Source of the DNA: Eubacteriales bacterium
Lineage (GTDB): Bacteria; Bacillota; Clostridia; Oscillospirales; CAG-272
Reading direction: 5' to 3'
NCBI GenBank assembly: GCA_045658965.1
Contig: JAZOVZ010000099.1
Location: 832-64,831 of the forward strand
Length of the DNA stretch: 64,000 nt
Shown one piece after another: positions 46,645 to 55,732 of the stretch. Numbering within the stretch: position 1 is the stretch's first letter; the number at the start of each line of letters is the position of its first letter. Both the position numbers and the translations under genes were made by a program. The notes under the pieces were generated by a model that saw only the letters and a list, made by a program, of their open reading frames with translations, was not told the origin of the DNA and did not search any database.

Positions 46645-47258
46645 TGGCTTTTATGACACAGAACGCACAGCTGCAGATCAGCGCGGGACTTGCCAAGCAA
46701 TTCCCCACCAATCCCATTCCGCAGGTCGCCTTTTCGGGTCGCTCCAACGTGGGCAAGAGCTCTTTGCTCAACACCTTGCTTGGCAGAAAATCGCTTGCGC
46801 GCGTATCCAGCGCACCCGGCAAGACCATCACGGTCAACTTCTACAACGTAGATAAAAAGCTGTTCCTTGTCGACCTGCCCGGCTACGGCTTTGCAGCGCG
46901 CAATCCCGCGGACAAGGAAAAATGGAGCATGCTGACCGACGGATACTTTACCAACAATCCCAACGTGGATCTGCTCTGTCTGGTGCTTCAGCTGGTCGAT
47001 TCCCGCGTGGGGCTGACCCGCGACGATGAAATGATGGTGGATTTCCTCAACCAGAGCGGCATTCCCTACGCCATCGTTGCCACCAAGGTGGATAAGCTCA
47101 ACAAGACCGAGCGCGAAAAGAATCTTGCAGCCATTGCGTCTCACAAGCTCATCAAGCTCGGCACGCCTGTCATCCCCTTCTCCTCGCTCAAGGGCGAGGG
47201 CAAAAACGAGGTCTGGCGCGTGATTTGCTCGCATGCCGATCTGCCGACTCCCAACTGA
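46644..47258 (+). CDS. engB: Ribosome biogenesis GTPase YsxC/EngB
   Basis: 'GRSNVGKSSL', 'DLPGYG', 'TKVDKL'; follows lon. Confidence 0.95.
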   Translation: MAFMTQNAQLQISAGLAKQFPTNPIPQVAFSGRSNVGKSSLLNTLLGRKSLARVSSAPGKTITVNFYNVDKKLFLVDLPGYGFAARNPADKEKWSMLTDGYFTNNPNVDLLCLVLQLVDSRVGLTRDDEMMVDFLNQSGIPYAIVATKVDKLNKTEREKNLAAIASHKLIKLGTPVIPFSSLKGEGKNEVWRVICSHADLPTPN

Positions 47259-47260
47259 TA

Positions 47261-47419
47261 CCGTCAACGCAAGCGTTGGCGGCATCAGTTGGTGAAATAT
47301 TTCGCTGCGCGAAATGTGAAATGTTTTCCTTTGGCAAACGTGAAATTCGCACTTCGTGCGAGTGAAATATTGCGCTTACAGCGCAATGTTGTGGTAGAAA
47401 TTTGCCCCGGGCAAATTTC
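47261..47419 (+). repeat. Six-hairpin GTGAAAT structured element, copy 1
   Basis: Leading CCGTCAA hairpin, four (G)TGAAAT-linked hairpins and a final GAAATTTGCC/GGCAAATTTC hairpin; homologous to 50945-51101. Confidence 0.85.
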
Positions 47420-47456
47420 AATTTGATTGAATTTTTCGTTATTTCGAGGTATTACC

Positions 47457-48776
47457 ATGCTTCTTTATCCCCATTTTGATATCAACGACCAAGGGCATCT
47501 GACCGTGGGCGGTCTTGACACCGTGGCACTTGCAAAGCAGTACGGCACACCCGTCAATCTGCTTGACGAGAACGTCGTGCGCGCGCAGATGCGTCTGTAC
47601 CTGCGCTGTGCAAAGCAGTATTTTGGCGAGAACGCGCTGCCGCTGTTTGCATCCAAGGCACTTTGCTGTGCGGAGATCTACCGCATTGCAGCCGAGGAAG
47701 GCATGGGCATTGACTGCGTTTCCCCCGGTGAGCTTTACATTGCGGAGCGCGTGGGTTTCCCCGCTTCCCGCATTTATTTCCACGGCAATAACAAGACCGA
47801 CGCAGATATCGCGCAGGCACTTGACATGGGCGTGGGTACCTTTGTGGTGGATAACACGGAGGAGCTGGATTCTCTGAATGCACAAGCCCTGTCGCGCGGC
47901 ATGCGTGCGCGCATCCTTTTGCGCATCACGCCCGGTATCGATCCCCACACCCACAAGGCAATCTCTACGGGCGGCGTGGATACCAAGTTCGGCTCTCCCA
48001 TTCTGACGGGACAAGCCGAGACAATCGTGCTGCGCGCGCTTTCCTGCGAAGGTATTGACCTGCAGGGATTTCATTGCCACATCGGCTCGCAGATCTTTGA
48101 CGCAGAGCCCTTTATCGAGGCGGCACAGATCATGGTCGCGTTCATGGCGGATATGACGCACAAGCACGGCATTCGCCTGCACGAACTCAATCTGGGCGGC
48201 GGACTTGGCGTGCGCTATACCTCCGAGCAGCCCACGCTTGACGTCGACGGTACGATCAGAACCATTGCAGAGAGGGTCAAGGAGCTGTGCGTGCAAAACG
48301 GCATCGAAATGCCTCGCGTCATCCTTGAGCCCGGCAGATCCATCGTGGCTGCCGCAGGTGCTACGCTTTACACCGTCGGCTCGGTGAAAAAGATCCCCGG
48401 CTTTAAGAATTACGTATCGGTAGACGGCGGTATGCCCGACAACCCCAGATATGCTTTGTATCAATCCCCCTACACCGCGCTGATCGCAAACAAGGCGGAT
48501 CAGCCCGCAGACCTTTGCGCAACCGTGGCGGGCAGATGCTGCGAATCGGGCGACCTCTTGGGCGAGGGCATGATGCTGCAGACCCCCGTGCGCGGTGATA
48601 TTCTCGCCATGCTGGTCACGGGTGCATATCAGCATTCCATGGCGTCCAACTATAACAAGATCCCCCGTCCCCCACTGGTCATGATCAAGGACGGTACCTC
48701 GCGCGTGGTCGTGCGCCGCGAGACCTATGAGGATCTGCTCCTGTATGACGTGACCGATCCTGTCTTTACGAGGTGA
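47457..48776 (+). CDS. lysA: Diaminopimelate decarboxylase
   Basis: 'FASKA' PLP lysine, 'FHGNNK', 'HCHIGSQIF', 'LGGG', 'EPGRSI', 'CESGD', 'GAY..SMASNYN'. Confidence 0.95.
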   Translation: MLLYPHFDINDQGHLTVGGLDTVALAKQYGTPVNLLDENVVRAQMRLYLRCAKQYFGENALPLFASKALCCAEIYRIAAEEGMGIDCVSPGELYIAERVGFPASRIYFHGNNKTDADIAQALDMGVGTFVVDNTEELDSLNAQALSRGMRARILLRITPGIDPHTHKAISTGGVDTKFGSPILTGQAETIVLRALSCEGIDLQGFHCHIGSQIFDAEPFIEAAQIMVAFMADMTHKHGIRLHELNLGGGLGVRYTSEQPTLDVDGTIRTIAERVKELCVQNGIEMPRVILEPGRSIVAAAGATLYTVGSVKKIPGFKNYVSVDGGMPDNPRYALYQSPYTALIANKADQPADLCATVAGRCCESGDLLGEGMMLQTPVRGDILAMLVTGAYQHSMASNYNKIPRPPLVMIKDGTSRVVVRRETYEDLLLYDVTDPVFTR

Positions 48777-48780
48777 TATT

Positions 48781-49491
48781 ATGCTTCTTACACTGCTTTC
48801 CGAGGGCTTTAGCCGAGACGCGCTGATCTCGGTGCTGCTCTCGCTTCCCGTCATCGTGCTTTCCCTTTGCTTGCACGAAACGGCACACGGCTGGGTGGCT
48901 TACAAGTTAGGCGACCCGACCGCCCGCAATTTGGGCAGACTGACGCTCAATCCGATCAAGCACCTTGACCCCATGGGCTTCCTTTTCATGCTGCTGTTCG
49001 GCATCGGTTGGGCAAAGCCCGTGCCCATCAACACGCGCAACTTCAAAAACCCGCGCGTTGGCATGGCACTTTCGGGCATTGCAGGCCCCATTTCCAACCT
49101 GCTGCTTGGTCTGCTTGGCATGGTTTTGTCCGTGGCGACGCTGGTTATCTGCTTCCTTGCGGGCATTGATCCGAACGCAAACATCTGGATCACGGTCATG
49201 CTGCTGTTTTTTGACGTGCTTGCATTTCTCAACGTTGCGCTGGCGGTATTCAATCTCATCCCCGTGCCGCCCTTTGACGGCTCGCGCTTTGCGTACGTGT
49301 TCCTGCCCACCAAGTGGTATTTCAAGGTCATGCAATACGAGCGTTTTACCGGTATTGCCATCATGATCCTCATCTTCATTCTCTCCCGCATAGGACTCAA
49401 TCCCATCTCCATCGTGGTGTCTTTCATTTTGAACAACACCATGGATCTGCTTTTGCTGATTGCAAACACCATTCTCAATCTGATTCTTTGA
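48781..49491 (+). CDS. Site-2 protease (M50 family)
   Basis: HExxH (HETAH), 'GDPT', 'GWAKPV', 'FNLIPVPPFDG'. Confidence 0.93.
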   Translation: MLLTLLSEGFSRDALISVLLSLPVIVLSLCLHETAHGWVAYKLGDPTARNLGRLTLNPIKHLDPMGFLFMLLFGIGWAKPVPINTRNFKNPRVGMALSGIAGPISNLLLGLLGMVLSVATLVICFLAGIDPNANIWITVMLLFFDVLAFLNVALAVFNLIPVPPFDGSRFAYVFLPTKWYFKVMQYERFTGIAIMILIFILSRIGLNPISIVVSFILNNTMDLLLLIANTILNLIL

Positions 49492-49506
49492 TAACGGCGG
49501 TATACT

Positions 49507-50301
49507 ATGGCTGAATTAAAGTATAAAATTGAATCCTTCGACTTTGACGGTCCGCTGGATCTGCTTTTGACCCTGATACAGAAAAACAAGGTCAGCATCC
49601 AGGATATTCCCATCGCGCTGATCTGCGACCAGTATCTTGCGTACATTTCGCAGGCGCAAAAGCTGGATCTTGAGGTCGCGTCCGAATTTTTGGTCATGGC
49701 AAGTGAGCTGATTTTGATCAAGACCAAAATGCTTTTGCCGCGTGACGAAAAATCCGACGAAAAGGACCCCCGTGCCGAGCTGGCTGACGCGCTGCTCAAA
49801 TACCAGCAGGCAAAGGAGGGCGCGGCAAAGCTCAAGGCAAGATATGAAAAATACGTGGGGCGTATGGTCAAGGACACCGATGAAATTTCGATAGACAAGA
49901 CCTTTGTGGACGACCAGCAGGTCACCTCTCTTTGTGCCGCGGTGCGCCGCATCATCGCCTATAACGAGGCAAACGACGGCAAGGAAAAGGTGGTCTTCTC
50001 CCCCATGATCTCCAAGCCCATCGTGCCGGTCGAAGCCAAGATCGTGGGCATTTTGCACCGCATGAAAAAGAAGGAATGGACGCAAATGGAGGAGCTGCTC
50101 TCCGACTCGGTCTCTCATGCCGACATGATCGCCATATTCCTTGGCGTTTTAGAGCTTCTCAAGGTGCGTGACATTTTGCTTGACGACGAGGACGCCAACG
50201 AGCACTCGCTCTACACGTCGGACGCAAAGCTGCGCATCAATCCCATTCCCGCGGACCAAAGACAACCCCAAAAACAAGACAGTGAGGTAGCACAGGTATG
50301 A
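49507..50301 (+). CDS. scpA: Segregation/condensation protein A
   Basis: 'FDGPLDLLL', 'EFLVMASEL..IKTKMLLP', 'FLGVLEL'. Confidence 0.95.
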   Translation: MAELKYKIESFDFDGPLDLLLTLIQKNKVSIQDIPIALICDQYLAYISQAQKLDLEVASEFLVMASELILIKTKMLLPRDEKSDEKDPRAELADALLKYQQAKEGAAKLKARYEKYVGRMVKDTDEISIDKTFVDDQQVTSLCAAVRRIIAYNEANDGKEKVVFSPMISKPIVPVEAKIVGILHRMKKKEWTQMEELLSDSVSHADMIAIFLGVLELLKVRDILLDDEDANEHSLYTSDAKLRINPIPADQRQPQKQDSEVAQV

Positions 50302-50939
50302 CAGAACAGCAAATGCCCACCATTTCCGATATCGGTGAAGCCATTGAGGCGATCCTTTTCGCCGCAGGGTATCCCGTTAAATACGACAAGCTTGCAGAGG
50401 TACTGGGACTTTCCGCGCCCGACGTCCGTCTGCTTTGCGAGCACATGGCAACAGAATACGAAAAAGCCGGCAGAGGCATTATGATGCTGTGCCTGCCCGA
50501 GACCTGCCAGCTGACCACAAAGGAGCAGTATATGCCCTACATCCGCGAAGCCCTTGGCATCAAGAGAGGCGGCAACCTCTCGGCATCCTCACTTGAGGTG
50601 CTTGCCATCGTGGCTTACAACCAGCCCGTGACCCGCGCTTACGTGGACGCGGTGCGCGGCGTGGACTCTTCTTACGCGGTCGGCTCTCTGCTCGACAAAA
50701 ATCTGATCGAGGCTTGCGGCAGAATGGACGCGCCCGGTCGCCCCATGCTGTACGTGACCACCGATAAATTCTTGCGCGTGTTCGGTCTGAATTCGCTTTC
50801 CGAGCTGCCCGAGACCGAGGCTCTGAGCATTGCCGCTGCGCAAGCCGAGCAGGTGGAGATGGAGATCGATACCCCTGCCGAGGAGGCTGTGCCCGAGGGC
50901 GAATACACCGAGGTCGCAGAGGACGACAGCCGCGCCTGA
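50298..50939 (+). CDS. scpB: Segregation/condensation protein B
   Basis: 'IEAILFAAG', 'LEVLAIVAYNQPVTRA', 'PGRP..Y.TT..FL..FGL'. Confidence 0.95.
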   Translation: MTEQQMPTISDIGEAIEAILFAAGYPVKYDKLAEVLGLSAPDVRLLCEHMATEYEKAGRGIMMLCLPETCQLTTKEQYMPYIREALGIKRGGNLSASSLEVLAIVAYNQPVTRAYVDAVRGVDSSYAVGSLLDKNLIEACGRMDAPGRPMLYVTTDKFLRVFGLNSLSELPETEALSIAAAQAEQVEMEIDTPAEEAVPEGEYTEVAEDDSRA

Positions 50940-50944
50940 GCAAC

Positions 50945-51101
50945 GCCGTCAAAGAACATTTGACGGCATTGCAGTGAAATATTTTGCCACAGGCAAAATG
51001 TGAAATTTTTGCTCTGCAAAAATGAAATTCGCGCTGTGCGCGAGTGAAATATTCCGCAAATGCGGAATGTTGAGGTAGAAATTTGCCGGATGGCAAATTT
51101 C
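50945..51101 (+). repeat. Six-hairpin GTGAAAT structured element, copy 2
   Basis: Same architecture as 47261-47419 with compensatory stem substitutions. Confidence 0.85.
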
Positions 51102-51126
51102 CGATTTTTCCGGAAAGGAGGCTGCC

Positions 51127-51912
51127 ATGCCACTCGCACTCAAAATCGTGCTGATCGTAGCAGCGGCAATTGCCGTGCTCACGGTTGCGCTTGTGCTTGC
51201 GTTGCTTGCCTTGCGCGTCAAGATCAAGATCGGCTATCGCGACACGTTATTTTTCAAGCTGTACGTGGGCGGCGTCAAGGTAGCCACCATTCCCAAGCCC
51301 CCCAAAAAGCTGCGCAGATTGCGCACCTACACCAAGAAAAAAGCCATGCGTGCTGCCGCAAAGTATGCACGGCATGCCGAGGATTACCTCGAAATGGTGC
51401 GTCAGCATGCGCTTTACCGCGCGCTGATGCAAAAATACGCGCAAAGCAAGGCGCAAAAGAAAAAGCCCGCGCCCTCGACGGACGCAAAGCCCAAAGAAAA
51501 GAAACCGGAAAGCCATTTGGACGTGGAAGTGCTTTTGCGCATGATCAGCGAGCTGATCGAAGCCTTTTTCGAGGGCACGCGCAAGGGTCTGCACGTGCAC
51601 GTGTGCCGCTTGCACGTAGACGTGGTCGGCAAGGACGCTGCCGCGACCGCGCTGCTCTGTGGCTGTTTATGGGCAGCCGTGACACAGCTGCTTGCCGTCA
51701 TTGACGCACACGCCGTGCTGCGCGTGCGCAAGACGGACGTAGTCATTACGCCCGATTATACGGGCGACAAGACCCGCACCGATTTCTCCCTGATCGTATC
51801 CTTCAGCGTATTCCGTACGCTGCACACGCTGCTCTCTCTCATTCCCGTTGTCCTCAGGCATAAGGACACCCTGATGAAAAAGGCAGCTGCTCCCACACCC
51901 GCAAAACAATGA
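51127..51912 (+). CDS. DUF2953/YtfI-like membrane protein
   Basis: N-terminal TM, 'VGKDAAATALLCG', 'ITPDY'; lies upstream of ytfJ/gerW. Confidence 0.75.
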   Translation: MPLALKIVLIVAAAIAVLTVALVLALLALRVKIKIGYRDTLFFKLYVGGVKVATIPKPPKKLRRLRTYTKKKAMRAAAKYARHAEDYLEMVRQHALYRALMQKYAQSKAQKKKPAPSTDAKPKEKKPESHLDVEVLLRMISELIEAFFEGTRKGLHVHVCRLHVDVVGKDAAATALLCGCLWAAVTQLLAVIDAHAVLRVRKTDVVITPDYTGDKTRTDFSLIVSFSVFRTLHTLLSLIPVVLRHKDTLMKKAAAPTPAKQ

Positions 51913-51940
51913 ATTTTCATATATGAAAGGAACTCTACGT

Positions 51941-52393
51941 ATGTCTGAGAACAACAAGATCCAAGAAATCATCAAGGAGTCGCTTGAAAACATCCGCTCT
52001 ATCATTGACGCAAACACCGTCATCGGCACTCCTATGGAGACCTCCAACGGCGTGACCATCATTCCCGTATCCAAGATCGCTATGGGCTTTGCTTCGGGCG
52101 GCTTGGACTTTGACGGCAAAAAGGAAGCTTCCGCCAAGAACTTCGGCGGTGGCGGCGGCACGGGTCTTTCTGTACAGCCCGTCGGCTTTTTGGTCATCTC
52201 CCATGAGGGTCGCGTTGAAATGATCAACGTCGGTCAGAAGACGCCCAAGGACACCATCGAGCAGGTTGCGGACCTTCTGGAGCGCACCCCCGATATCGTG
52301 TACCGCCTCAAGGTCATCTTCGACAAGTTCAACGAAATGAAAAAGGACGGCGAGGTACAGCCCGCGCTGGAATCCGAAAACAAGGACGAATAA
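51941..52393 (+). CDS. gerW: Sporulation/germination protein YtfJ (GerW)
   Basis: 'DANTVIGTP', 'IIPVSKIAMGFASGG', 'FGGGGGTG.SVQPVGFLV'. Confidence 0.92.
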   Translation: MSENNKIQEIIKESLENIRSIIDANTVIGTPMETSNGVTIIPVSKIAMGFASGGLDFDGKKEASAKNFGGGGGTGLSVQPVGFLVISHEGRVEMINVGQKTPKDTIEQVADLLERTPDIVYRLKVIFDKFNEMKKDGEVQPALESENKDE

Positions 52394-52394
52394 G

Positions 52395-52423
52395 ACATAC
52401 TTCCCGATAAAGCTTCGTATATT
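52395..52423 (+). promoter_or_regulatory. SigE-like promoter of dacB
   Basis: ACATACT-14 nt-CGTATATT; dacB is SigE-dependent in B. subtilis. Confidence 0.55.
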
Positions 52424-52454
52424 TTAACATTACGAAGCTTTCTATGGGGGTACT

Positions 52455-53636
52455 ATGCAAAAAAATCCGATCAAGAGCGTGCTTTGCGCACTGTTGTGCG
52501 TTGTTTTCTGTGTGCTTTGGTGCACCTTGCCCACACACGCGCTGAGCGCAGAGGTCACCGTGCCTGCGTCTGTGAACGCGGAAGCCGCGATACTGATAGA
52601 GGCAGACAGCGGACGCGTGCTGTACGAGCAGCATGCGCATACCCGCATGCCCATGGCGTCCACGACCAAGATCATGACCGCGCTGGTTGTGCTGGAGCAA
52701 TGCGACCTGACCGAGACCGTGGAGGTGGATGCTCGTGCCGTGGGCGTGGAGGGCTCGTCGGTATACCTGTACGAGGGAGAACGCTTGAGTGTGGAGCAGC
52801 TGCTCTTTGCGCTCATGCTGTCCTCTGCCAACGACGCTGCCGCTGCGCTTGCCTATCATACCGCGGGCAGTATTGAGGGCTTTGCCGCGCTGATGAATCA
52901 AAAGGCAAAATCGCTGGGGCTGCAAAATACGCAGTTTGCCAATCCCCACGGGCTGGATGCCAAGGGGCACTATACCTCGGCGTACGATCTTGCCTGCATT
53001 GCGTCGTGCGCACTTGAAAACGAGGATTTTTTGCGTATCGTATCCACCGAAAAAAAGGTCATTCCCCTGCGCGAGCAAGAGGGGGCGCGCGTGCTGCGCA
53101 ATCACAACAAGCTGCTCTCTTCCCTGGACGGCTGCATCGGCGTCAAGACCGGCTTTACCAAGAAAAGCGGTCGGTGCTTGGTCAGCGCCGCAGAGCGAGA
53201 GGGCGTGAGGCTTGTGTGCGTTACGCTGGACTGCCCCGACGACTGGCGCGTACATACCGCGCTACACGAGGGCGGCTTTGCCGCTTACGAGCGCGTCACG
53301 TTGGCAACTGCCAACGGCTTTGCCGCAGCTCTGCCCGTTGTGGGCGGCGTGCAAGCCGAGCTCTATTTGCAAACGGTTGCCGAAGTATCGCTCACCCTGC
53401 CGCGCCATCGCACAGAGATCACCTGCACGGTAATCGCGCCGCATTTTGCTTATGCCCCGATCGCGCCTGGCGAGCAGATAGGCGAGGCTATCTGGACAAT
53501 GGACGGGGAGATCATTGCACGCGCACCGCTCTGCGCCATGTACGGCGTGGAAAAAAAGCAAATCAAGCGCAAGCCGCTTTCCCGGCTGCGCACACTACTC
53601 GATATGATCAAAGGACTGTTATGGAAGAACAAATAA
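52455..53636 (+). CDS. dacB: D-alanyl-D-alanine carboxypeptidase (S11, DacB-like)
   Basis: SxxK (ASTTKIMT), SxN (SAND), 'NPHGLD', KTG; scpAB-ytfIJ-dacB context. Confidence 0.85.
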   Translation: MQKNPIKSVLCALLCVVFCVLWCTLPTHALSAEVTVPASVNAEAAILIEADSGRVLYEQHAHTRMPMASTTKIMTALVVLEQCDLTETVEVDARAVGVEGSSVYLYEGERLSVEQLLFALMLSSANDAAAALAYHTAGSIEGFAALMNQKAKSLGLQNTQFANPHGLDAKGHYTSAYDLACIASCALENEDFLRIVSTEKKVIPLREQEGARVLRNHNKLLSSLDGCIGVKTGFTKKSGRCLVSAAEREGVRLVCVTLDCPDDWRVHTALHEGGFAAYERVTLATANGFAAALPVVGGVQAELYLQTVAEVSLTLPRHRTEITCTVIAPHFAYAPIAPGEQIGEAIWTMDGEIIARAPLCAMYGVEKKQIKRKPLSRLRTLLDMIKGLLWKNK

Positions 53637-54355
53637 GACTTGCAAAATACTTTACCGACTGCGGTGTGCTCTCACGCCGCGCGGCAGAGGAAGAAATTAA
53701 AAAAGGCCGCGTCAAGGTCAACGGCGTCATTGCCGAGTTGGGACAAAAGATCACCCCCGGTAAGGACGTGGTGGAATACACGGGCAAGCGCATCATGCCC
53801 CCCAAAAAAGCTGCAAAGGTATACTTAATGCTCAACAAGCCCCGCGGCTTTGTGACCACCATGTCGGACGAAAAGGGACGCCCCACGGTTGCCGAGCTGA
53901 CCCGCAGCGCAGGCACGCGCGTCTATCCCGTGGGCAGACTGGACATGGACTCCTCGGGACTTTTGCTCATGACCAACGACGGTGAGCTTGCCAACCGTCT
54001 GACGCATCCGCGCCACGATATCCCCAAGATCTATCACGTGCTGGTTGCGGGTCACCCCACCACCGCGCAGATGACAGGTCTTGGTGCACCTACCGAGCTG
54101 GACGGATACTTGACCCAACCCATTCGCGTGCGCAAGCTTGCCGAGGGCGAGCACGAGACGCTGCTCGAAATGACGCTCTACGAAGGGCGCAACCGCCAGA
54201 TCCGCCGCATTTGTGAGCTGCAAAACTTGCGCGTCAAGCAGCTTGTGCGCGTTGCCATCGGTGAATTGGAGCTTGGAGACGTGCCCGAGGGCAAATACGT
54301 GCATCTGAACGCCAATCAGGTTGCATATTTGAAAGGAGAGAGAGATCATGTTTGA
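53621..54355 (+). CDS. rluB: Pseudouridine synthase, RsuA/RluB family
   Basis: S4 domain 'SRRAAEE', 'LNKPRG', 'YPVGRLD', 'EGRNRQIRR'. Confidence 0.88.
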   Translation: MEEQIRLAKYFTDCGVLSRRAAEEEIKKGRVKVNGVIAELGQKITPGKDVVEYTGKRIMPPKKAAKVYLMLNKPRGFVTTMSDEKGRPTVAELTRSAGTRVYPVGRLDMDSSGLLLMTNDGELANRLTHPRHDIPKIYHVLVAGHPTTAQMTGLGAPTELDGYLTQPIRVRKLAEGEHETLLEMTLYEGRNRQIRRICELQNLRVKQLVRVAIGELELGDVPEGKYVHLNANQVAYLKGERDHV

Positions 54356-54740
54356 GGTCAAGCCTATACAGGACAAGCCCACGCAAGAAAAGGTCTGCAG
54401 CCTTTGCGGTGTGGAATTCCTGCCTGAGGATTTTTGCTACAGCGTATGGGATGAGGGCAAGTTTTCGGGAGTTTGTCAGTTCAATATCTACGAGGATCAC
54501 GGTGAGGTGCATTCGCTGATCCCCCTGCCCGATGCGGATGCTTTTCAAGCCATGTTCACCGCAGGCAGAGCCGCGCTCAACTTCATTGACCTTTGCGACG
54601 TGCATCTTGCATACTACACGGGCGAGGTGCAGGACGAGGGGCTGATCAAAGCCATCGGATTCCGCCAAAACGAGCAAGGCAAATGGGAAATGGATCTGAC
54701 CGGATTTTTCACCAAGCCCTGCTCCTGCAAATGTGAATAA
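54348..54740 (+). CDS. Conserved hypothetical protein
   Basis: 130 aa ORF with AAGGAG RBS overlapping the rluB stop; Cys-rich C-terminus. Confidence 0.75.
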   Translation: MFEVKPIQDKPTQEKVCSLCGVEFLPEDFCYSVWDEGKFSGVCQFNIYEDHGEVHSLIPLPDADAFQAMFTAGRAALNFIDLCDVHLAYYTGEVQDEGLIKAIGFRQNEQGKWEMDLTGFFTKPCSCKCE

Positions 54741-54762
54741 ACGCATTTTTCGAAAAAAACTG

Positions 54763-54791
54763 TTGACAAACAATGACATTGCATGTAAAAT
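54763..54791 (+). promoter_or_regulatory. SigA promoter
   Basis: TTGACA-17 nt-TAAAAT. Confidence 0.75.
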
Positions 54792-54829
54792 ATACTTGTA
54801 TACCAATATTACTTTCAAGGAGAAAAGTT

Positions 54830-55678
54830 ATGAAAAAAGCATTGTCTCTTATGCTTTGCGTACTGATGCTGGCATCCTGCTTTGCTCTTTGCGCTTATGC
54901 AAATGAAGAAACCACTGAAGCAACCACCGAAGAAGCTACCACAGAGGGTGCTGCTCCCGTTGAGCGCACCAATGACAGACTCGTATTCGACCTTGATCTG
55001 ATCTCCAAGCCCAATCCCGTCGGCGGCAACAACGGTCTGGCAAAGAACAGCGGCGTTTCCAAAAAGGGTGAGTGGGAAGGCTTCAGAATTGAAATCAAGT
55101 ATCCCGAAGACCCCAACTTCACCATCAATTATTCGAACTACTTCAAAAAGTACGATCTGACCCCTCTGACCGGCGAAGAGGTTTCCTACATCGTGCTCAG
55201 ATTCGTAGTTCCCGAGGATGGCTACTACGATGACTTTGAGATCTATCACTGCGCAGGTCAGGTAACCGCTCCCACCGAGGACGCTAAGGCAGTCAGCGAA
55301 TACTGTGACGAGGCAAACGGCTTTACCTACTTCATCTTCAACCTTGAGGGTGCATGGGAAGGCAATATCAGCCAGCTTCGAATCGACCCCATCGGTATGG
55401 ACGAGGGTGATGTGATCTACCTGATGGAGATTGCTATGTTCAAGACCGAAGAGGACGCTTACAACTGGTGCGGCTTTGAGGAAGAGGAAGAGACCGAAGC
55501 TCCCACCACCGAGGCTGCTACCACCGAGGCTGAAACCGAGGAAGAGACCGAGGCAGGCACCAAGAAGCCCGCAGCTGCAAAGCCCGAGGAAAAGAAGGGC
55601 TGCGGCAGCATCGTAAGCATCGGCGCAGTTGTTGCAATGATCACTCTGGGTGCAGTTTGCATCAAGAAGAAGGATTGA
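54830..55678 (+). CDS. Secreted acidic protein (possible CBM-like beta-sandwich) with C-terminal GCxS-TM-KKKD tail
   Basis: Signal peptide AYA; 'WEGNISQLRIDP'; E/T-rich linkers; ends KKGCGS-TM-KKKD. Confidence 0.8.
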   Translation: MKKALSLMLCVLMLASCFALCAYANEETTEATTEEATTEGAAPVERTNDRLVFDLDLISKPNPVGGNNGLAKNSGVSKKGEWEGFRIEIKYPEDPNFTINYSNYFKKYDLTPLTGEEVSYIVLRFVVPEDGYYDDFEIYHCAGQVTAPTEDAKAVSEYCDEANGFTYFIFNLEGAWEGNISQLRIDPIGMDEGDVIYLMEIAMFKTEEDAYNWCGFEEEEETEAPTTEAATTEAETEEETEAGTKKPAAAKPEEKKGCGSIVSIGAVVAMITLGAVCIKKKD

Positions 55679-55697
55679 TCTTCAATATGAAAATAAC

Positions 55698-55731
55698 AAA
55701 CTCCGACAGATTTGAGTCTGTCGGAGTTTTT
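55698..55731. terminator. Bidirectional intrinsic terminator
   Basis: AAACTCCGACAGA...TCTGTCGGAGTTTTT between convergent genes. Confidence 0.85.
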
Positions 55732-55732
55732 C

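Noticed and set aside
47261-47456. Lysine riboswitch upstream of lysA
   Set aside because: It lacks the conserved lysine-riboswitch sequence features, and a homologous element sits between scpB and ytfI, unrelated to lysine.
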